A DNA stretch of 64,000 bases from an uncultured Candidatus Saccharibacteria bacterium (GTDB lineage: Bacteria > Patescibacteriota > Minisyncoccia > Ryanbacterales > GWA2-47-10b), in the NCBI GenBank assembly GCA_964653715.1, contig CAZZGX010000027.1:1836-65835 (forward strand), in the 5' to 3' direction. A program made the position numbers and the translations under genes. Under the pieces are notes generated by a model. The model did not search any database, was not told the origin of the DNA, and saw nothing but the letters and a program-made list of their open reading frames with translations. Positions 1 to 10,339 of the stretch are shown in pieces (the first letter of the stretch is position 1; every line of letters begins with the position of its first letter).

Positions 1-673
1 TGTTATGGGCCTCATCGAGAACATGTATACTGCTGTATGTGAATTGCTCGGTTATACTATATACAAGAAACCCTTCCCCGTTTTTTCATATGAAGAGGCG
101 CTCAAGCATTTTGCTGCTGACAAGTTTGATATGCGCCCCCCAAAAGAGCAAAAACATAACACACTTGCTTTCGCATGGGTTGTCGATTTTCCTCTTTTTG
201 AAAAAACGAATACTGGCGCATGGACTTATAGTCACAATCCATTTACAGGTCCTCGACCTTTGGATGAAGAAAAACTTCGCGACAAAAAAGATATAGGTAA
301 CATTATGTCGCTCCAATATGACCTCGTTTGTAATGGCCATGAAGTTGGCGGGGGAGGAATCCGTATTCGCAACGCTGAACTTCTGCAAAAAGTCTTTGAA
401 ATTATCGGACATACACCTGAAACAATCGAAAGGGATTTTGGACATATGCTGAAAGCGTTCCGCTACGGCGCGCCGCTCGAGGGGGGTATTGCACTAGGCA
501 TCGACCGAATAATCGCAATTCTAGCGGGCGAGACATCTGTTCGTGAAGTGCAGGCTTTCCCTATGACAGCCGGCGGAAGAACCTCCGCGATGGACGCACC
601 GTCAGAAGTTTCGAAAGAACAACTTGCCGAACTCGGGCTTCTGGTCAAAAAACAAAAAAAACATGACCTATAG
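1..673 (+). CDS. aspS: Aspartyl-tRNA synthetase, C-terminal part (gene starts upstream of window)
   Basis: Class II aaRS motif 3 region (GGGGIRIRN, GxGxDR-like GIDRIIAIL) and a bacterial GAD-insertion signature (FPLFEKTNTGAWTYSHNPFTGP) are present. ORF is open to the window edge. Confidence 0.85.
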   Translation, partial: VMGLIENMYTAVCELLGYTIYKKPFPVFSYEEALKHFAADKFDMRPPKEQKHNTLAFAWVVDFPLFEKTNTGAWTYSHNPFTGPRPLDEEKLRDKKDIGNIMSLQYDLVCNGHEVGGGGIRIRNAELLQKVFEIIGHTPETIERDFGHMLKAFRYGAPLEGGIALGIDRIIAILAGETSVREVQAFPMTAGGRTSAMDAPSEVSKEQLAELGLLVKKQKKHDL

Positions 674-1394
674 CGTTCGCACCAAAGAATTCGAAGGACC
701 GCTCGAGTTATTGCTTAGCTTGATCGAAACAAAAAAACTTTCTATCAGTGAGGTCTCACTTGGAAGTGTTACGGAAGAATATCTGGAGCACTTGGGCAAA
801 ATGAAGGAGGATAATCCAGAGAACTATCACGAGGATATCGCCGTGTTTCTTGTAGTAGCCGCGACCTTGATGGTTGTGAAATCACGATCATTATTGCCTG
901 GGTTTTACATTTCGGCTGAGGAAAAAACCGATATACGCGAACTTGAAGATCGACTCAAAGCGTATCAGTGTGTTAAAGAAATGGCCGCCGAACTTGGCAA
1001 AATTATTCTTAAAAAAGAACATATTTATACGCATCCGGCGTATATCGCGGTAGCGCCTTCTTTTTTGCCTCCAGAGCGCCCGATTGGGATTCCTACCCTG
1101 CTCATATTTCTTAAAAATATGCTTATTGCCATACCCAAAAAGCACGAGCTGCCGCAGAAAATTATAAAAAAAATAATGTCGATTGAGGAAAAAATATTGG
1201 AATTGAAAAAAAGGATAGAGGATGGAATGGCCCAGACATTCAATGATTTTGTGACCAATAAGAAAGAGAAATTAGAAGTTATTGTGAGTTTTATTGCGAT
1301 GCTCGAGCTTATCAAACTCGGCATTATTACCGTTCAGCAGTCCGCTCCCTTTGAATTAATCCACATCAACCATGGAAACCGAAAAAGTTCTTGA
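663..1394 (+). CDS. scpA: Segregation and condensation protein A (kleisin)
   Basis: ScpA-type N-terminus (EGPLELLLSLIETKKLSISEVSL) and a C-terminal winged helix are present. Start moved from 624 to the in-frame ATG at 663, just past the aspS stop. Confidence 0.8.
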   Translation: MTYSVRTKEFEGPLELLLSLIETKKLSISEVSLGSVTEEYLEHLGKMKEDNPENYHEDIAVFLVVAATLMVVKSRSLLPGFYISAEEKTDIRELEDRLKAYQCVKEMAAELGKIILKKEHIYTHPAYIAVAPSFLPPERPIGIPTLLIFLKNMLIAIPKKHELPQKIIKKIMSIEEKILELKKRIEDGMAQTFNDFVTNKKEKLEVIVSFIAMLELIKLGIITVQQSAPFELIHINHGNRKSS

Positions 1395-1890
1395 AGCGCT
1401 CCTTTTTGTTTCAGGTGAGCCGCTTTCAATGAAAGATTTGGCGCGGCTTTCTGAAACAAATGCCAAAGAAGTGGTGGCAGCGCTCCATTCTCTTGAGGAG
1501 CGCTTGCAAGAACGGGGGATTTGTCTTCTCAGGCACGAAGATACTGTCTCATTGGGGACTGCTCCCGCGGCGACAAAAGCCACAGAGCGCCTTGTCAAAG
1601 AGCGGCTTGAGAGCGATCTTTCGCGCTTCTCACTCGAGACGCTCGCGATTATTCTTTGGAAAGGAAGGGTATCGCGCGCGAGTATTGATTATATTCGCGG
1701 TGTTAATTCGACGTTCTCTCTTCGAACACTTCTTATTCGTGGGCTTATCCAGCGAGAACAAGACTCGCGGGACGCGCGGGTATATCTCTATTCTCCAACC
1801 ATGGATCTTTTGAGGCATCTCGGAGTTTCCTCACTCAAAGATCTTCCTGAATTCGAGAGTATGCAGAATGAATTAAAAGATCATGATTAA
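1372..1890 (+). CDS. scpB: Segregation and condensation protein B
   Basis: ScpB N-terminus LEALLFVSGEPLSMKDLARL. It overlaps the scpA stop, the usual scpAB arrangement. Confidence 0.85.
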   Translation: METEKVLEALLFVSGEPLSMKDLARLSETNAKEVVAALHSLEERLQERGICLLRHEDTVSLGTAPAATKATERLVKERLESDLSRFSLETLAIILWKGRVSRASIDYIRGVNSTFSLRTLLIRGLIQREQDSRDARVYLYSPTMDLLRHLGVSSLKDLPEFESMQNELKDHD

Positions 1891-2806
1891 CGGGCTTGGA
1901 CAATTTATGCTTTCACTTTTGGCGTTTTTCCAAATTGAAACATCGCAATTTGCGCTTTCAAATCCAGCCCCGTTTCCTCCGCCACCTCGCGTTCAGGAAC
2001 AGGTATCTCTGCCCGGTATCTTAATACCAGAAACTCTCACGGCAAAAGCAATTATTGTCGCCAATTTAGACCGAGGGGAATCATTGGCAGAGAAAAATCT
2101 AGATATGCTTTTGCCGATCGCGAGCCTTAGTAAAATTATGACGAGTTTTGTTGCAGAAAAGTACCTCGAGCCTGAAACGAAACTTACTGTCTCGAGAGAT
2201 GCCGTCACAACGCCCGGAGCTGCTGGGGATTTCGAATTTGGCGAGCAGTTTCAATTTGAAGATTTGCTGACCGCCATGATGATGTATTCTTCCAACGACG
2301 CGGCGATGGTTGTCGCGGAACATGTGGGAGAAATCCTCGGAGGCGCCGCGTATGAAGAAAAAATAAGCCGCTTCGTCAGTGCCATGAATGAAAATGCGAA
2401 AGTATTAGGCATGGATCATACAATATTTCAAAACCCGACCGGTCTGGATGTGCGCCCAAGTGAGCCAAGCAACTACTCAACCGCTCGTGATCTCCAGCGT
2501 CTCGTTGTCGAAGTTCGTAACAATGGTAACCACGCGTGGGAACTTTCACGAAATGCAGAAAAGAACATCCGCTCTTCTGCAGGAAAAATCCATCATCTCA
2601 TAAATATCAATGAACTTTTGGATAAAGTCCCGCATGCTCTCGGCGGTAAAACTGGTAGCACAGATGCTGCCGGCGAATCAGTTATCGTGCTCTATGAATA
2701 TCCCCTTGGCAAACCCGGGGTACTTATTCTTCTTGGTGCCCAAACAGGTCAAAGATTTAAAGAAGGGGAAGAACTGCTCAAGCAAATTATGCCTCTCATT
2801 CAATAA
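1883..2806 (+). CDS. D-alanyl-D-alanine carboxypeptidase (S11 / PBP5-like serine peptidase)
   Basis: SxxK (ASLSKIMT), SxN (SSNDAA) and KTG (GKTGST) active-site motifs occur in the correct order. Confidence 0.8.
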   Translation: MINGLGQFMLSLLAFFQIETSQFALSNPAPFPPPPRVQEQVSLPGILIPETLTAKAIIVANLDRGESLAEKNLDMLLPIASLSKIMTSFVAEKYLEPETKLTVSRDAVTTPGAAGDFEFGEQFQFEDLLTAMMMYSSNDAAMVVAEHVGEILGGAAYEEKISRFVSAMNENAKVLGMDHTIFQNPTGLDVRPSEPSNYSTARDLQRLVVEVRNNGNHAWELSRNAEKNIRSSAGKIHHLININELLDKVPHALGGKTGSTDAAGESVIVLYEYPLGKPGVLILLGAQTGQRFKEGEELLKQIMPLIQ

Positions 2807-3880
2807 ATGGAAAATTCTCATACCGTTCTCGACGTGCTCAAAGTATTCGGTCTTGCCGGGTTTTCATTTTTTGTCGCGTTTTTCTTAACGCCGCTTTTGA
2901 CCTATTATCTCTATCGATATAAACTGTGGCCAAAAAAAAATGATCGCGAAGCGCTTTCAGGCGGTCATGCGACTGTTATTTCCAGCTTAGTCAAAGAGCG
3001 TTCAAATCAAGAGACTCCTCGAATGGGGGGAATCATTATTTGGGGAACGACGCTTGTTGTCACTCTCCTTTTTTGGGTACTTGGGAAAATTATTCCTGAT
3101 CCATTATTCGTAAAGCTAAATTTTCTCTCACGCGAGCAAACATGGCTTCCGTTCTTTGCGTTTATGACGGCGGCATGTATCGGACTTCTTGATGACTGGA
3201 TGCTTATTCGTGGGCAAGGCAAATACATAGGTGGAGGGATGGCGCTTACCATGCGCATTCTTCTTGTGGTAGGTATTGGAACAATTGGGGGATTTTGGTT
3301 CTATGGTCCGCTCGGCAGGGGAGATATCTCTATTCCGTTCTTAGGAGCGCTGCATCTTCAGTATTTTATTATTCCATTTTTTGCGCTTGTCATGCTCGCC
3401 GTTTTTAGCTCTGGCGTTATAGACGGACTTGATGGCCTTGCGGGCGGAGTGTTCGGCGCGATTATTGCCGCCTACGCCGGGATCGCTTTTTTCCAGCAAC
3501 AACTTAATCTTGCCGCGTTTCTTGCCGTTATTGGAGGGGCATTGCTTGCTTTTTTATGGTACAACATCCCTCCCGCGCGTTTTTATATGGGGGAATCAGG
3601 AATTCTGGGGCTTACTTCTATGATCACGGTTATCGCATTTTTAACCGATGCCGTAGCTGTTTTACCAATTATTGCTTTTCCGCTCGTCATCGAAACAGGA
3701 TCTGTTATCATACAGGTAGCCTCAAGAAAATTGCGTGGCAAAAAGGTCTTTATCGCGGCCCCTCTCCATCACCACTTTGAAGCAAAGGGCTGGCCCCACT
3801 ATAAAGTCACTATGCGGTTCTGGATTGTAGGCCTTGTTTCAGCACTCATCGGTATGGTCGTGCATTTGATTGGCAAATAA
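2807..3880 (+). CDS. mraY: Phospho-N-acetylmuramoyl-pentapeptide transferase
   Basis: Polytopic membrane protein with MraY signatures GLLDDW and APLHHHFE. Confidence 0.9.
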   Translation: MENSHTVLDVLKVFGLAGFSFFVAFFLTPLLTYYLYRYKLWPKKNDREALSGGHATVISSLVKERSNQETPRMGGIIIWGTTLVVTLLFWVLGKIIPDPLFVKLNFLSREQTWLPFFAFMTAACIGLLDDWMLIRGQGKYIGGGMALTMRILLVVGIGTIGGFWFYGPLGRGDISIPFLGALHLQYFIIPFFALVMLAVFSSGVIDGLDGLAGGVFGAIIAAYAGIAFFQQQLNLAAFLAVIGGALLAFLWYNIPPARFYMGESGILGLTSMITVIAFLTDAVAVLPIIAFPLVIETGSVIIQVASRKLRGKKVFIAAPLHHHFEAKGWPHYKVTMRFWIVGLVSALIGMVVHLIGK

Positions 3881-3882
3881 CT

Positions 3883-5472
3883 ATGGCTTCGATTTCATAT
3901 CTTATAAAAGGGGGAACACTGATCGATGGATCTGGGTTTCCGATGACCCAGGATAATGTTGCTATTTCTGGAGAGACGATCAAAACCGTTGGTGCGGGAA
4001 GTGCTTCTGGCGCTACGCGCGTGATCGATGCTACTGGGAAATACGTAATTCCTGGTATTATTGATATTACGAATCACTCTGACACGCATTGGTCATTGTT
4101 TCTCTCTCCTTCGCAAGAAAGCCTTTTGCGTCAGGGGATAACTACTATTGTGGGTGGAGTATGTGGCTCCTCTCTTGCTCCTCTTGCTGATGCCCAAGCA
4201 ATACGCGCTATCCAAAAATGGACGGATCTTTCTAAAGTAAACATCAACTGGCAAACCCAGGAAGAATTTTTTATGGAGATTGAACGACATGCCCTCGGCG
4301 TTAATTTTGGGACACTCGTGGGGCATGGAACACTGCGCCGCGGAATCGCAAATGATAGAATTGATCAACTTACACCCAGCGAGCTTGAATCCATGAAACT
4401 ATTGCTTCGCAGGTCGCTTGATGAGGGCGCGTTAGGACTCTCGATCGGGCTTACCACAAGCCATGGATCGGTAGCGTCACAAGAAGAAATAATCGGGCTC
4501 GCAAAGGTTGTAACGGAGGCGAGAAAATTTGTCAGTATTCACCTTCGAAATGAGGGGCGTCGCATCCTTTCTTCAGTTGTGGAGGCAGTCAATATTGCGC
4601 GACAGAGCGGCTCACCCGTTCACATAGTGCATTTGAAAGGTATTGGCCGAAAAGCATGGAATGATTTTCGGAAAGCACTCGCGATTATTCGTAAAGCAAC
4701 AAAAGACGAACATCTCCCGATCACGGTTGATTTTTTCCCGTACTTACGAACGGGTTCGCTACTCTACACACTTCTTCCCGAATGGATGCGCGAAGGTGGT
4801 AAAGAAAAAATCTTAAAAGTCTTAGCAAATAAGGAACGACATCCCGAGGTTATCGAGAGTATCCAATCTCTCACGTTACATTATGAAAACATTATCGTTT
4901 CCGAGGCGCATAAAGACAAGCATGCGATAGGAAAATCAATAGCTCGCATTGCCTCTGAATCAGGCCTCACGCCCGAAGAGACGCTTGCGCAACTTCTGAT
5001 TGTGAATGAACTCGGAGTGAGTATTTTTGGGCGGACGTTGCGCGGGAAAAACATTGTTTCGCTCGCAAAGGAATCGTACAGCATGTTCGGCTCGGACGGC
5101 GTTGGCGAAAGCGATTTTGATACAAAAAAGAAAGGCAATCTTACGCATCCCCGTTCATACGGGGCGGCTCCGCGGTTTTTAAATCGTCTTGTGAAACGAG
5201 GCAAGGTTCTCAGCTGGGAAGAAGCGGTACGAAAGATGACTTCCATGCCCGCCGAGCTCCTTGGGCTTAAAGAATCCCACGGGCTCATTAAAAAAGGATA
5301 TGCTGCGGATCTTGTCATTTTTGATCCTGAAGAGCTCACCGATACTGCCACGTATCGTGATCCGTTTCAATATCCGAAAGGCATCGACTATGTTTTTATC
5401 AATGGACGCCTTGCACTTGAAAAAGGAGTTTTTACAGGAGCGCTTGCGGGAAAGATTCTCCGTCAAAGCTAG
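3883..5472 (+). CDS. Amidohydrolase family protein (N-acyl-D-amino-acid deacylase-like, Amidohydro_3)
   Basis: N-terminus GGTLIDGSG...IPGIIDITNHSD and length around 530 aa match D-aminoacylase-like amidohydrolases. The canonical HxH metal motif is degenerate (NHS). Confidence 0.6.
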   Translation: MASISYLIKGGTLIDGSGFPMTQDNVAISGETIKTVGAGSASGATRVIDATGKYVIPGIIDITNHSDTHWSLFLSPSQESLLRQGITTIVGGVCGSSLAPLADAQAIRAIQKWTDLSKVNINWQTQEEFFMEIERHALGVNFGTLVGHGTLRRGIANDRIDQLTPSELESMKLLLRRSLDEGALGLSIGLTTSHGSVASQEEIIGLAKVVTEARKFVSIHLRNEGRRILSSVVEAVNIARQSGSPVHIVHLKGIGRKAWNDFRKALAIIRKATKDEHLPITVDFFPYLRTGSLLYTLLPEWMREGGKEKILKVLANKERHPEVIESIQSLTLHYENIIVSEAHKDKHAIGKSIARIASESGLTPEETLAQLLIVNELGVSIFGRTLRGKNIVSLAKESYSMFGSDGVGESDFDTKKKGNLTHPRSYGAAPRFLNRLVKRGKVLSWEEAVRKMTSMPAELLGLKESHGLIKKGYAADLVIFDPEELTDTATYRDPFQYPKGIDYVFINGRLALEKGVFTGALAGKILRQS

Positions 5473-6745
5473 AAGCCCCGTTCTTATCCTCGGGTTGGGT
5501 CTTCATGGCGGCGGAGTCGGAGCGGCGAGTTTTTTTGCGCGTCTTGGATACTCGGTAACCGTTACGGATCTTAAAGCAAAAAAGGAGCTCTTGATATCGT
5601 TAAAAAAATTGCGCGGTTTACCAATCAAATACATTCTCGGCAAACACCGGATGGAAGATATTAAACGAAGCAAACTTATCGTTAAAAATCCGGGTATCCC
5701 AGCGAGTTCCCCGTATGTAATAGCCGCTCAAAAATATCATATTCCTGTGACAAATGACGGAGAGCTTTTTATGGAACTCGCCCCTCGCAAAAAAGTAATA
5801 GGGATCACCGGTACAAAAGGCAAAACAACCACTGCGATGCTCGTAGGCCGTCTTCTCGGAAAAGAAGCGTTTGTCGTCGGAGTTCCGGGTGTTTCGTTTT
5901 TTGATTACTTTGACCGCGTACGCGAACCGAAATGGATTGTTGCTGAATTCTCAAGTTTTGATCTCGAATTTGTTAAAAAAAGTCCCCACATAGCCGTCTT
6001 CACGTCACTTTTCCCAGATCATCTTGACCGTTACCCCACCTTTAAAAAATACGCTTCTGCAAAAATGAACATCGTCCGCCATCAAACGAGCGGGGATGTA
6101 GCGATTTTTGCTTCATCTCCCAACACGCGTTCTCAAAGAGTAGAGTCTAAAAGTAAAGTAATTTGGGTAGACCTCGGGTCAAAAAAATACCGAGCTCCGT
6201 GGCCGACATCACACAATTCCGTGGCGCTTGCCGCCCGAGTAGGAGAAATATTAGGCTTTACTCAAAAAACAATCCAAGGGCGGTTTCATTCTTTCCGCCC
6301 GCCAAAAGGTAGGCTCGAAATAATATATCGCACAAAAAATCAGATATATATAAATGATACAACCTCTACGAATCCGGGGGCCGCGATGCATTCAATAAAA
6401 CTCATCGAGGAGCGTTTTGGCAAACAAAAACCTATTATTGTGATCACGGGAGGGGAGGATAAATCATTCCCAGCCGAAGAATTGAAAACATACGCGGAGT
6501 TTCTTCAAAATCATGCTATACGTGCTGTTTTTCTTAAAGGCTCAATGACTGAAAAATTGAAAAAGTACCTGCCCCATTTCGAGAAAACCTATACCTCCAT
6601 GCAAAATGCGGTCCGCGCGGCTCAATCATTCGAAGGAATTATCGTACTCCTTCCGGCAGCTGCTAGTTTTAATATGTTTCGCGACGAGTTTGATCGTGGA
6701 GAAAAATTTCTACGAGCTATACATCACAATGCGCGTGCAAAATAA
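5402..6745 (+). CDS. murD: UDP-N-acetylmuramoylalanine--D-glutamate ligase
   Basis: Rossmann start VLILGLGLHGGG, Mur ligase P-loop GITGTKGKTTT, and position between mraY and ftsW. Start is uncertain: ATG 5390 or 5402, or TTG 5444. All overlap the amidohydrolase 3' end. Confidence 0.8.
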   Translation: MDALHLKKEFLQERLRERFSVKARSPVLILGLGLHGGGVGAASFFARLGYSVTVTDLKAKKELLISLKKLRGLPIKYILGKHRMEDIKRSKLIVKNPGIPASSPYVIAAQKYHIPVTNDGELFMELAPRKKVIGITGTKGKTTTAMLVGRLLGKEAFVVGVPGVSFFDYFDRVREPKWIVAEFSSFDLEFVKKSPHIAVFTSLFPDHLDRYPTFKKYASAKMNIVRHQTSGDVAIFASSPNTRSQRVESKSKVIWVDLGSKKYRAPWPTSHNSVALAARVGEILGFTQKTIQGRFHSFRPPKGRLEIIYRTKNQIYINDTTSTNPGAAMHSIKLIEERFGKQKPIIVITGGEDKSFPAEELKTYAEFLQNHAIRAVFLKGSMTEKLKKYLPHFEKTYTSMQNAVRAAQSFEGIIVLLPAAASFNMFRDEFDRGEKFLRAIHHNARAK

Positions 6746-7835
6746 AAATTCTATAGATAAGACGTTCTTAGGAATTGTCGCGGCTCTTACTCTTCTTGGG
6801 CTCGCGACACTTCTCTCGGCTTCATTCTCTCTTGCCCAGCGTAATTTTGGCAACCCATACTATTTTTTTGTACGCCAGATTTTTCTTGGTGTCGGATTCG
6901 GGAGTATTCTTTTTTGGCTCGGTCTCAAGATAAAAATCTCTTTTTATAAGCGCTGGGCGCCGCTCATACTTTTGGGAAGTGTATTTCTTGTCATACTTGT
7001 TTTGTTGCCGGGCATCGGTGTTTCTATCGGAGGAGCGAGGCGCTGGCTTCGCTTAGGACCCTTGTCATTTCAGCCTTCTGAACTTTTAAAATTGGGTTTC
7101 ATTATTTACCTTTCCTCGTGGCTTACGTCAAAAAAGAAAGAAGTTTCTGGATATCTTTCAGGCTTTCTTCCATTTATGTTCATTACGATTTTTGTCGGCG
7201 CTTTTTTGATTTTTGAACCTGATATTGGGACACTTGGTGTTGTCGCATTTTCTTCGCTGCCGCTTTTTTTCTTGGGAGGTGGAAAGGGAACACAGATTTT
7301 AATTGCGATAGGACTTGGAATAGCGGCGCTTCTCTTCCTTATTTACTTGGCGCCCTACCGCCAGTCGCGTTTATTTGTATTTTTGTATCCTGATAGGGAA
7401 CAGCAGGGAGACGCGTACCATATAAACCAAGCACTCATTGCTATCGGTTCGGGAGGAATGTTTGGCCGTGGATGGGGGCTCTCGCGACAAAAATTTCAAT
7501 ATTTGCCTGAACCCGCGGGTGACGCTATTTTTGCTGTTTTCGCTGAAGAGCTGGGATTCGTGGGTATTTTTATTTTATTCGGGCTCTTTTTTGCTTTTTT
7601 AGTCCGTGGTATGATGATTGCATCGCGGTCAAAAGATTATTTTTCCCAATTACTTGCCGCTGGCATCACCTTACTTGTCATCATGCAGGTTATTATTAAT
7701 GTGGCCGCCATATCGGGTGCTTTTCCTCTGACTGGCATCCCGCTTCCGTTTATGTCAAATGGCGGAACTGCAATGGCGATCCTTCTTTTTGAAATGGGCA
7801 TATTGCTTCATATTTCGCGGAGAACGACTTCATGA
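6729..7835 (+). CDS. ftsW: SEDS family peptidoglycan glycosyltransferase FtsW/RodA
   Basis: Ten-TM SEDS protein in dcw order between murD and murG. Start set at ATG 6729, overlapping the murD stop. Confidence 0.85.
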   Translation: MRVQNKNSIDKTFLGIVAALTLLGLATLLSASFSLAQRNFGNPYYFFVRQIFLGVGFGSILFWLGLKIKISFYKRWAPLILLGSVFLVILVLLPGIGVSIGGARRWLRLGPLSFQPSELLKLGFIIYLSSWLTSKKKEVSGYLSGFLPFMFITIFVGAFLIFEPDIGTLGVVAFSSLPLFFLGGGKGTQILIAIGLGIAALLFLIYLAPYRQSRLFVFLYPDREQQGDAYHINQALIAIGSGGMFGRGWGLSRQKFQYLPEPAGDAIFAVFAEELGFVGIFILFGLFFAFLVRGMMIASRSKDYFSQLLAAGITLLVIMQVIINVAAISGAFPLTGIPLPFMSNGGTAMAILLFEMGILLHISRRTTS

Positions 7836-8956
7836 GAATTATATTATTGGGCGGAGGATCGGGTGGACATTTTTATCCGCTCATAGCCGTAGCTCAAGAA
7901 CTCCATTCAATAGCCATCGAGGAGCGGATCGTATCCCTCGAGCTTATTTTGATGGGAGATCAACCCTTTGACGCAAAATTATTGCGTGAGGAAAGGATTC
8001 TTTTTGAAGAAATTCCGTCCGGAAAAGTCAGACGATACTTCTCATTACTCAATCTATTTGATAGCCTCAAAACACTCCACGGTATCTTGCGCGCTATTTG
8101 GAAATTTACTCTCCATCCACCAGATCTCGTTTTTTCAAAAGGAGGGTACGACAGTTTTCCCGTACTGGTTGCTGCTCGGCTCTATCGAATACCAGTTATT
8201 ATTCATGAATCTGATTCTGTGCCCGGCGCGGTAAACGCATGGGCAGCAAAATTTGCCAAACGAATCGGCGTTTCCTTCCCAGAAACGGCGAGTTTCTTTC
8301 CAAAAGAAAAAGTAGCTCTGGTTGGTAATCCAATTCGCCGCGGTGTCTTGGGCGGATCGGAAGATGAAGCGTTTGATATTTTTGAGCTTGAAAGTGGTGT
8401 CCCGATTCTTCTTGTCCTCGGGGGCTCTCAGGGCGCTGAAAAAATTAACGAAGTTATTTTGTCAGCGCTTTCAGAGCTTGTTGATATAGTGGAGATTATT
8501 CATTCCACGGGACCCTCCCATGGAGGCGAGGTACAAGCAGAAGCTGGCGTTATTCTTGAAAAATCTATTCATAAAAAGCGCTACCATTCGTATTCCTATC
8601 TCGCTCCGACTCAATTGAGAAACGCCTCTTTTGTCTCAAGTGTTGTCGTCTCGCGCGCAGGATCTGGCGGTATTTTTGAAATTGCCGCCTGGAAAATGCC
8701 GTCCATTTTAATCCCACTCTCTCACGCCGCTCAAGATCACCAACGGCAAAACGCCTATAACTACGCGCGCACAGGCGCGGCAATTGTTATCGAAGAATCA
8801 AATCTCACCCCTCACGTGCTTATCTCTGAAATCAGGAAGATCATTGAGCGCCCGGAAGAACAAAAAAAGATGCAACTCGCAGCAGGAAGTTTTGCCCGTA
8901 TTGATGCCGCACAAAAAATAGCGCGCGAGATTATCCGTCTCGGTATTCATGAGTAG
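7832..8956 (+). CDS. murG: Undecaprenyldiphospho-muramoylpentapeptide beta-N-acetylglucosaminyltransferase
   Basis: N-terminus MRIILLGGGSGGHFYPLIAVAQEL is the MurG GGTGGH-type motif, in GT28 architecture. Confidence 0.9.
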   Translation: MRIILLGGGSGGHFYPLIAVAQELHSIAIEERIVSLELILMGDQPFDAKLLREERILFEEIPSGKVRRYFSLLNLFDSLKTLHGILRAIWKFTLHPPDLVFSKGGYDSFPVLVAARLYRIPVIIHESDSVPGAVNAWAAKFAKRIGVSFPETASFFPKEKVALVGNPIRRGVLGGSEDEAFDIFELESGVPILLVLGGSQGAEKINEVILSALSELVDIVEIIHSTGPSHGGEVQAEAGVILEKSIHKKRYHSYSYLAPTQLRNASFVSSVVVSRAGSGGIFEIAAWKMPSILIPLSHAAQDHQRQNAYNYARTGAAIVIEESNLTPHVLISEIRKIIERPEEQKKMQLAAGSFARIDAAQKIAREIIRLGIHE

Positions 8957-10337
8957 TATCCGCGTCCGCATCGCGCCTTCGCCTACCGGCAATTTGCATC
9001 TAGGTACCGCCCGTACGGCGCTTTTTAATTGGCTCTGGGCGAAAAAAACGGGCGGAGTCTTTATAGTTCGCATTGAGGATACGGACCGTGAGCGCTCAAG
9101 ACCGGAGTTTGAAAAAAATATTCTTGATGGACTTCATTGGCTCAAACTCGAATATGACGAATTTTACCACCAAAGCGAACGACTTGATCTCTATGAAACA
9201 TATTTAAAAAAACTACTCTATGGAGGAAATGCTTTTTTTTGTACACACTCCACCGAAGAGCTAGGAACAGAAGCAAAAACCCAGCGTGACTTAAAAGAAA
9301 CGCCACGGCACATCTGCAAACATCGCGAGAGCGGGCTCAAAGAGGGGATTATCCGTTTTAAAAACAATGCTCAAGGACCAATCCGTATCTTGGACATCGT
9401 TCGTGGTGAAATTTCATACGATGCCGGCATTTTCGGAGATTTTTCTCTTGCAAAAAATATGCGCGAGCCGCTCTACAATTTTGCAGCCGTTGTAGACGAC
9501 TATGAAATGAAAATATCCCATGTCATGCGCGGCGAGGATCATATTTCAAATACGCCAAAACAAATTTTACTTGAGCGGGCGCTCGAGATCCCGGAACCTA
9601 TCTGGGTACACCTGCCGCTGCTTCTTGGGCAAGATCGTTCAAAGCTTTCAAAGCGGCATGGGGCGCTTTCTCTAAACGAGTACCGTGAAATGGGATATCT
9701 CCCTGAAGCCATGACTAATTTTATGGCACTTTTGGGGTGGCATCCAAAAGATGAAGTGGGAGAGCTCCTTGATAGAGAAGCGCTTGTTCGTGAATTTTCT
9801 CTCGAAAAAATTCAAAAAGGCGGAGCCATTGTTTCGGGTGAAAAGCTTGACTGGTTTAACCGGATGTACATCAAAAAAAATATTCAATTGCTTGCGGATG
9901 CTATCAGTCAGGAGATAAAAAATGCTCTTGGCCAAAGCGCTACTAAAAAAGCACTTGAACTTGCCGCAGAACGGATTACTAAAACAACGGAACTGGAGCC
10001 GCTTCTCGAGGAAATTATTTCTCCGCCACCATATACACGCGATGTACTTCTTTGGAACGGGAAAAATGATCCACGGGAGACGGCAAGCATAATTGACGAA
10101 CTAATAGATTTATTGTCTGCACTAGATGCGCGGCAATTTAACTCGCATGACCTCGAGAAGGCACTTTTACCTTTAATTGAGAAAAATGGCAAAGGAAGGG
10201 TTTTATGGCCTTTTCGAGTGGCTTTATCGGGTAAGACTGCCTCGTTTGGGCCATATGACCTAGCAGAGATTCTCGGCAAAAATCGGACGCTGGAGCGCCT
10301 TGGAATTGCAGAGGAAATTCTTAAGGGAGCTTCGTAA
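8949..10337 (+). CDS. gltX: Glutamyl-tRNA synthetase
   Basis: Class I HIGH motif (PSPTGNLHLGTAR) and KMSKS motif (KLSKRHG) are present. Confidence 0.9.
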   Translation: MSSIRVRIAPSPTGNLHLGTARTALFNWLWAKKTGGVFIVRIEDTDRERSRPEFEKNILDGLHWLKLEYDEFYHQSERLDLYETYLKKLLYGGNAFFCTHSTEELGTEAKTQRDLKETPRHICKHRESGLKEGIIRFKNNAQGPIRILDIVRGEISYDAGIFGDFSLAKNMREPLYNFAAVVDDYEMKISHVMRGEDHISNTPKQILLERALEIPEPIWVHLPLLLGQDRSKLSKRHGALSLNEYREMGYLPEAMTNFMALLGWHPKDEVGELLDREALVREFSLEKIQKGGAIVSGEKLDWFNRMYIKKNIQLLADAISQEIKNALGQSATKKALELAAERITKTTELEPLLEEIISPPPYTRDVLLWNGKNDPRETASIIDELIDLLSALDARQFNSHDLEKALLPLIEKNGKGRVLWPFRVALSGKTASFGPYDLAEILGKNRTLERLGIAEEILKGAS

Positions 10338-10339
10338 AG

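Noticed and set aside
624-5444. Longer ORF-track starts for scpA (624), murD (5261), ftsW (6606), recR (21299), toxin (21983), rplM (31035), PilX-like (50233) and pseudopilins (50675, 54177)
   Set aside because: Each extended start overlaps the preceding gene by 40-140 nt. An in-frame downstream ATG restores compact or coupled spacing and gives a canonical N-terminus or SD.
3883-5472. Confident assignment as active D-aminoacylase
   Set aside because: The first HxH metal-binding motif is not intact (ITNHSD). Only the family-level call is retained.
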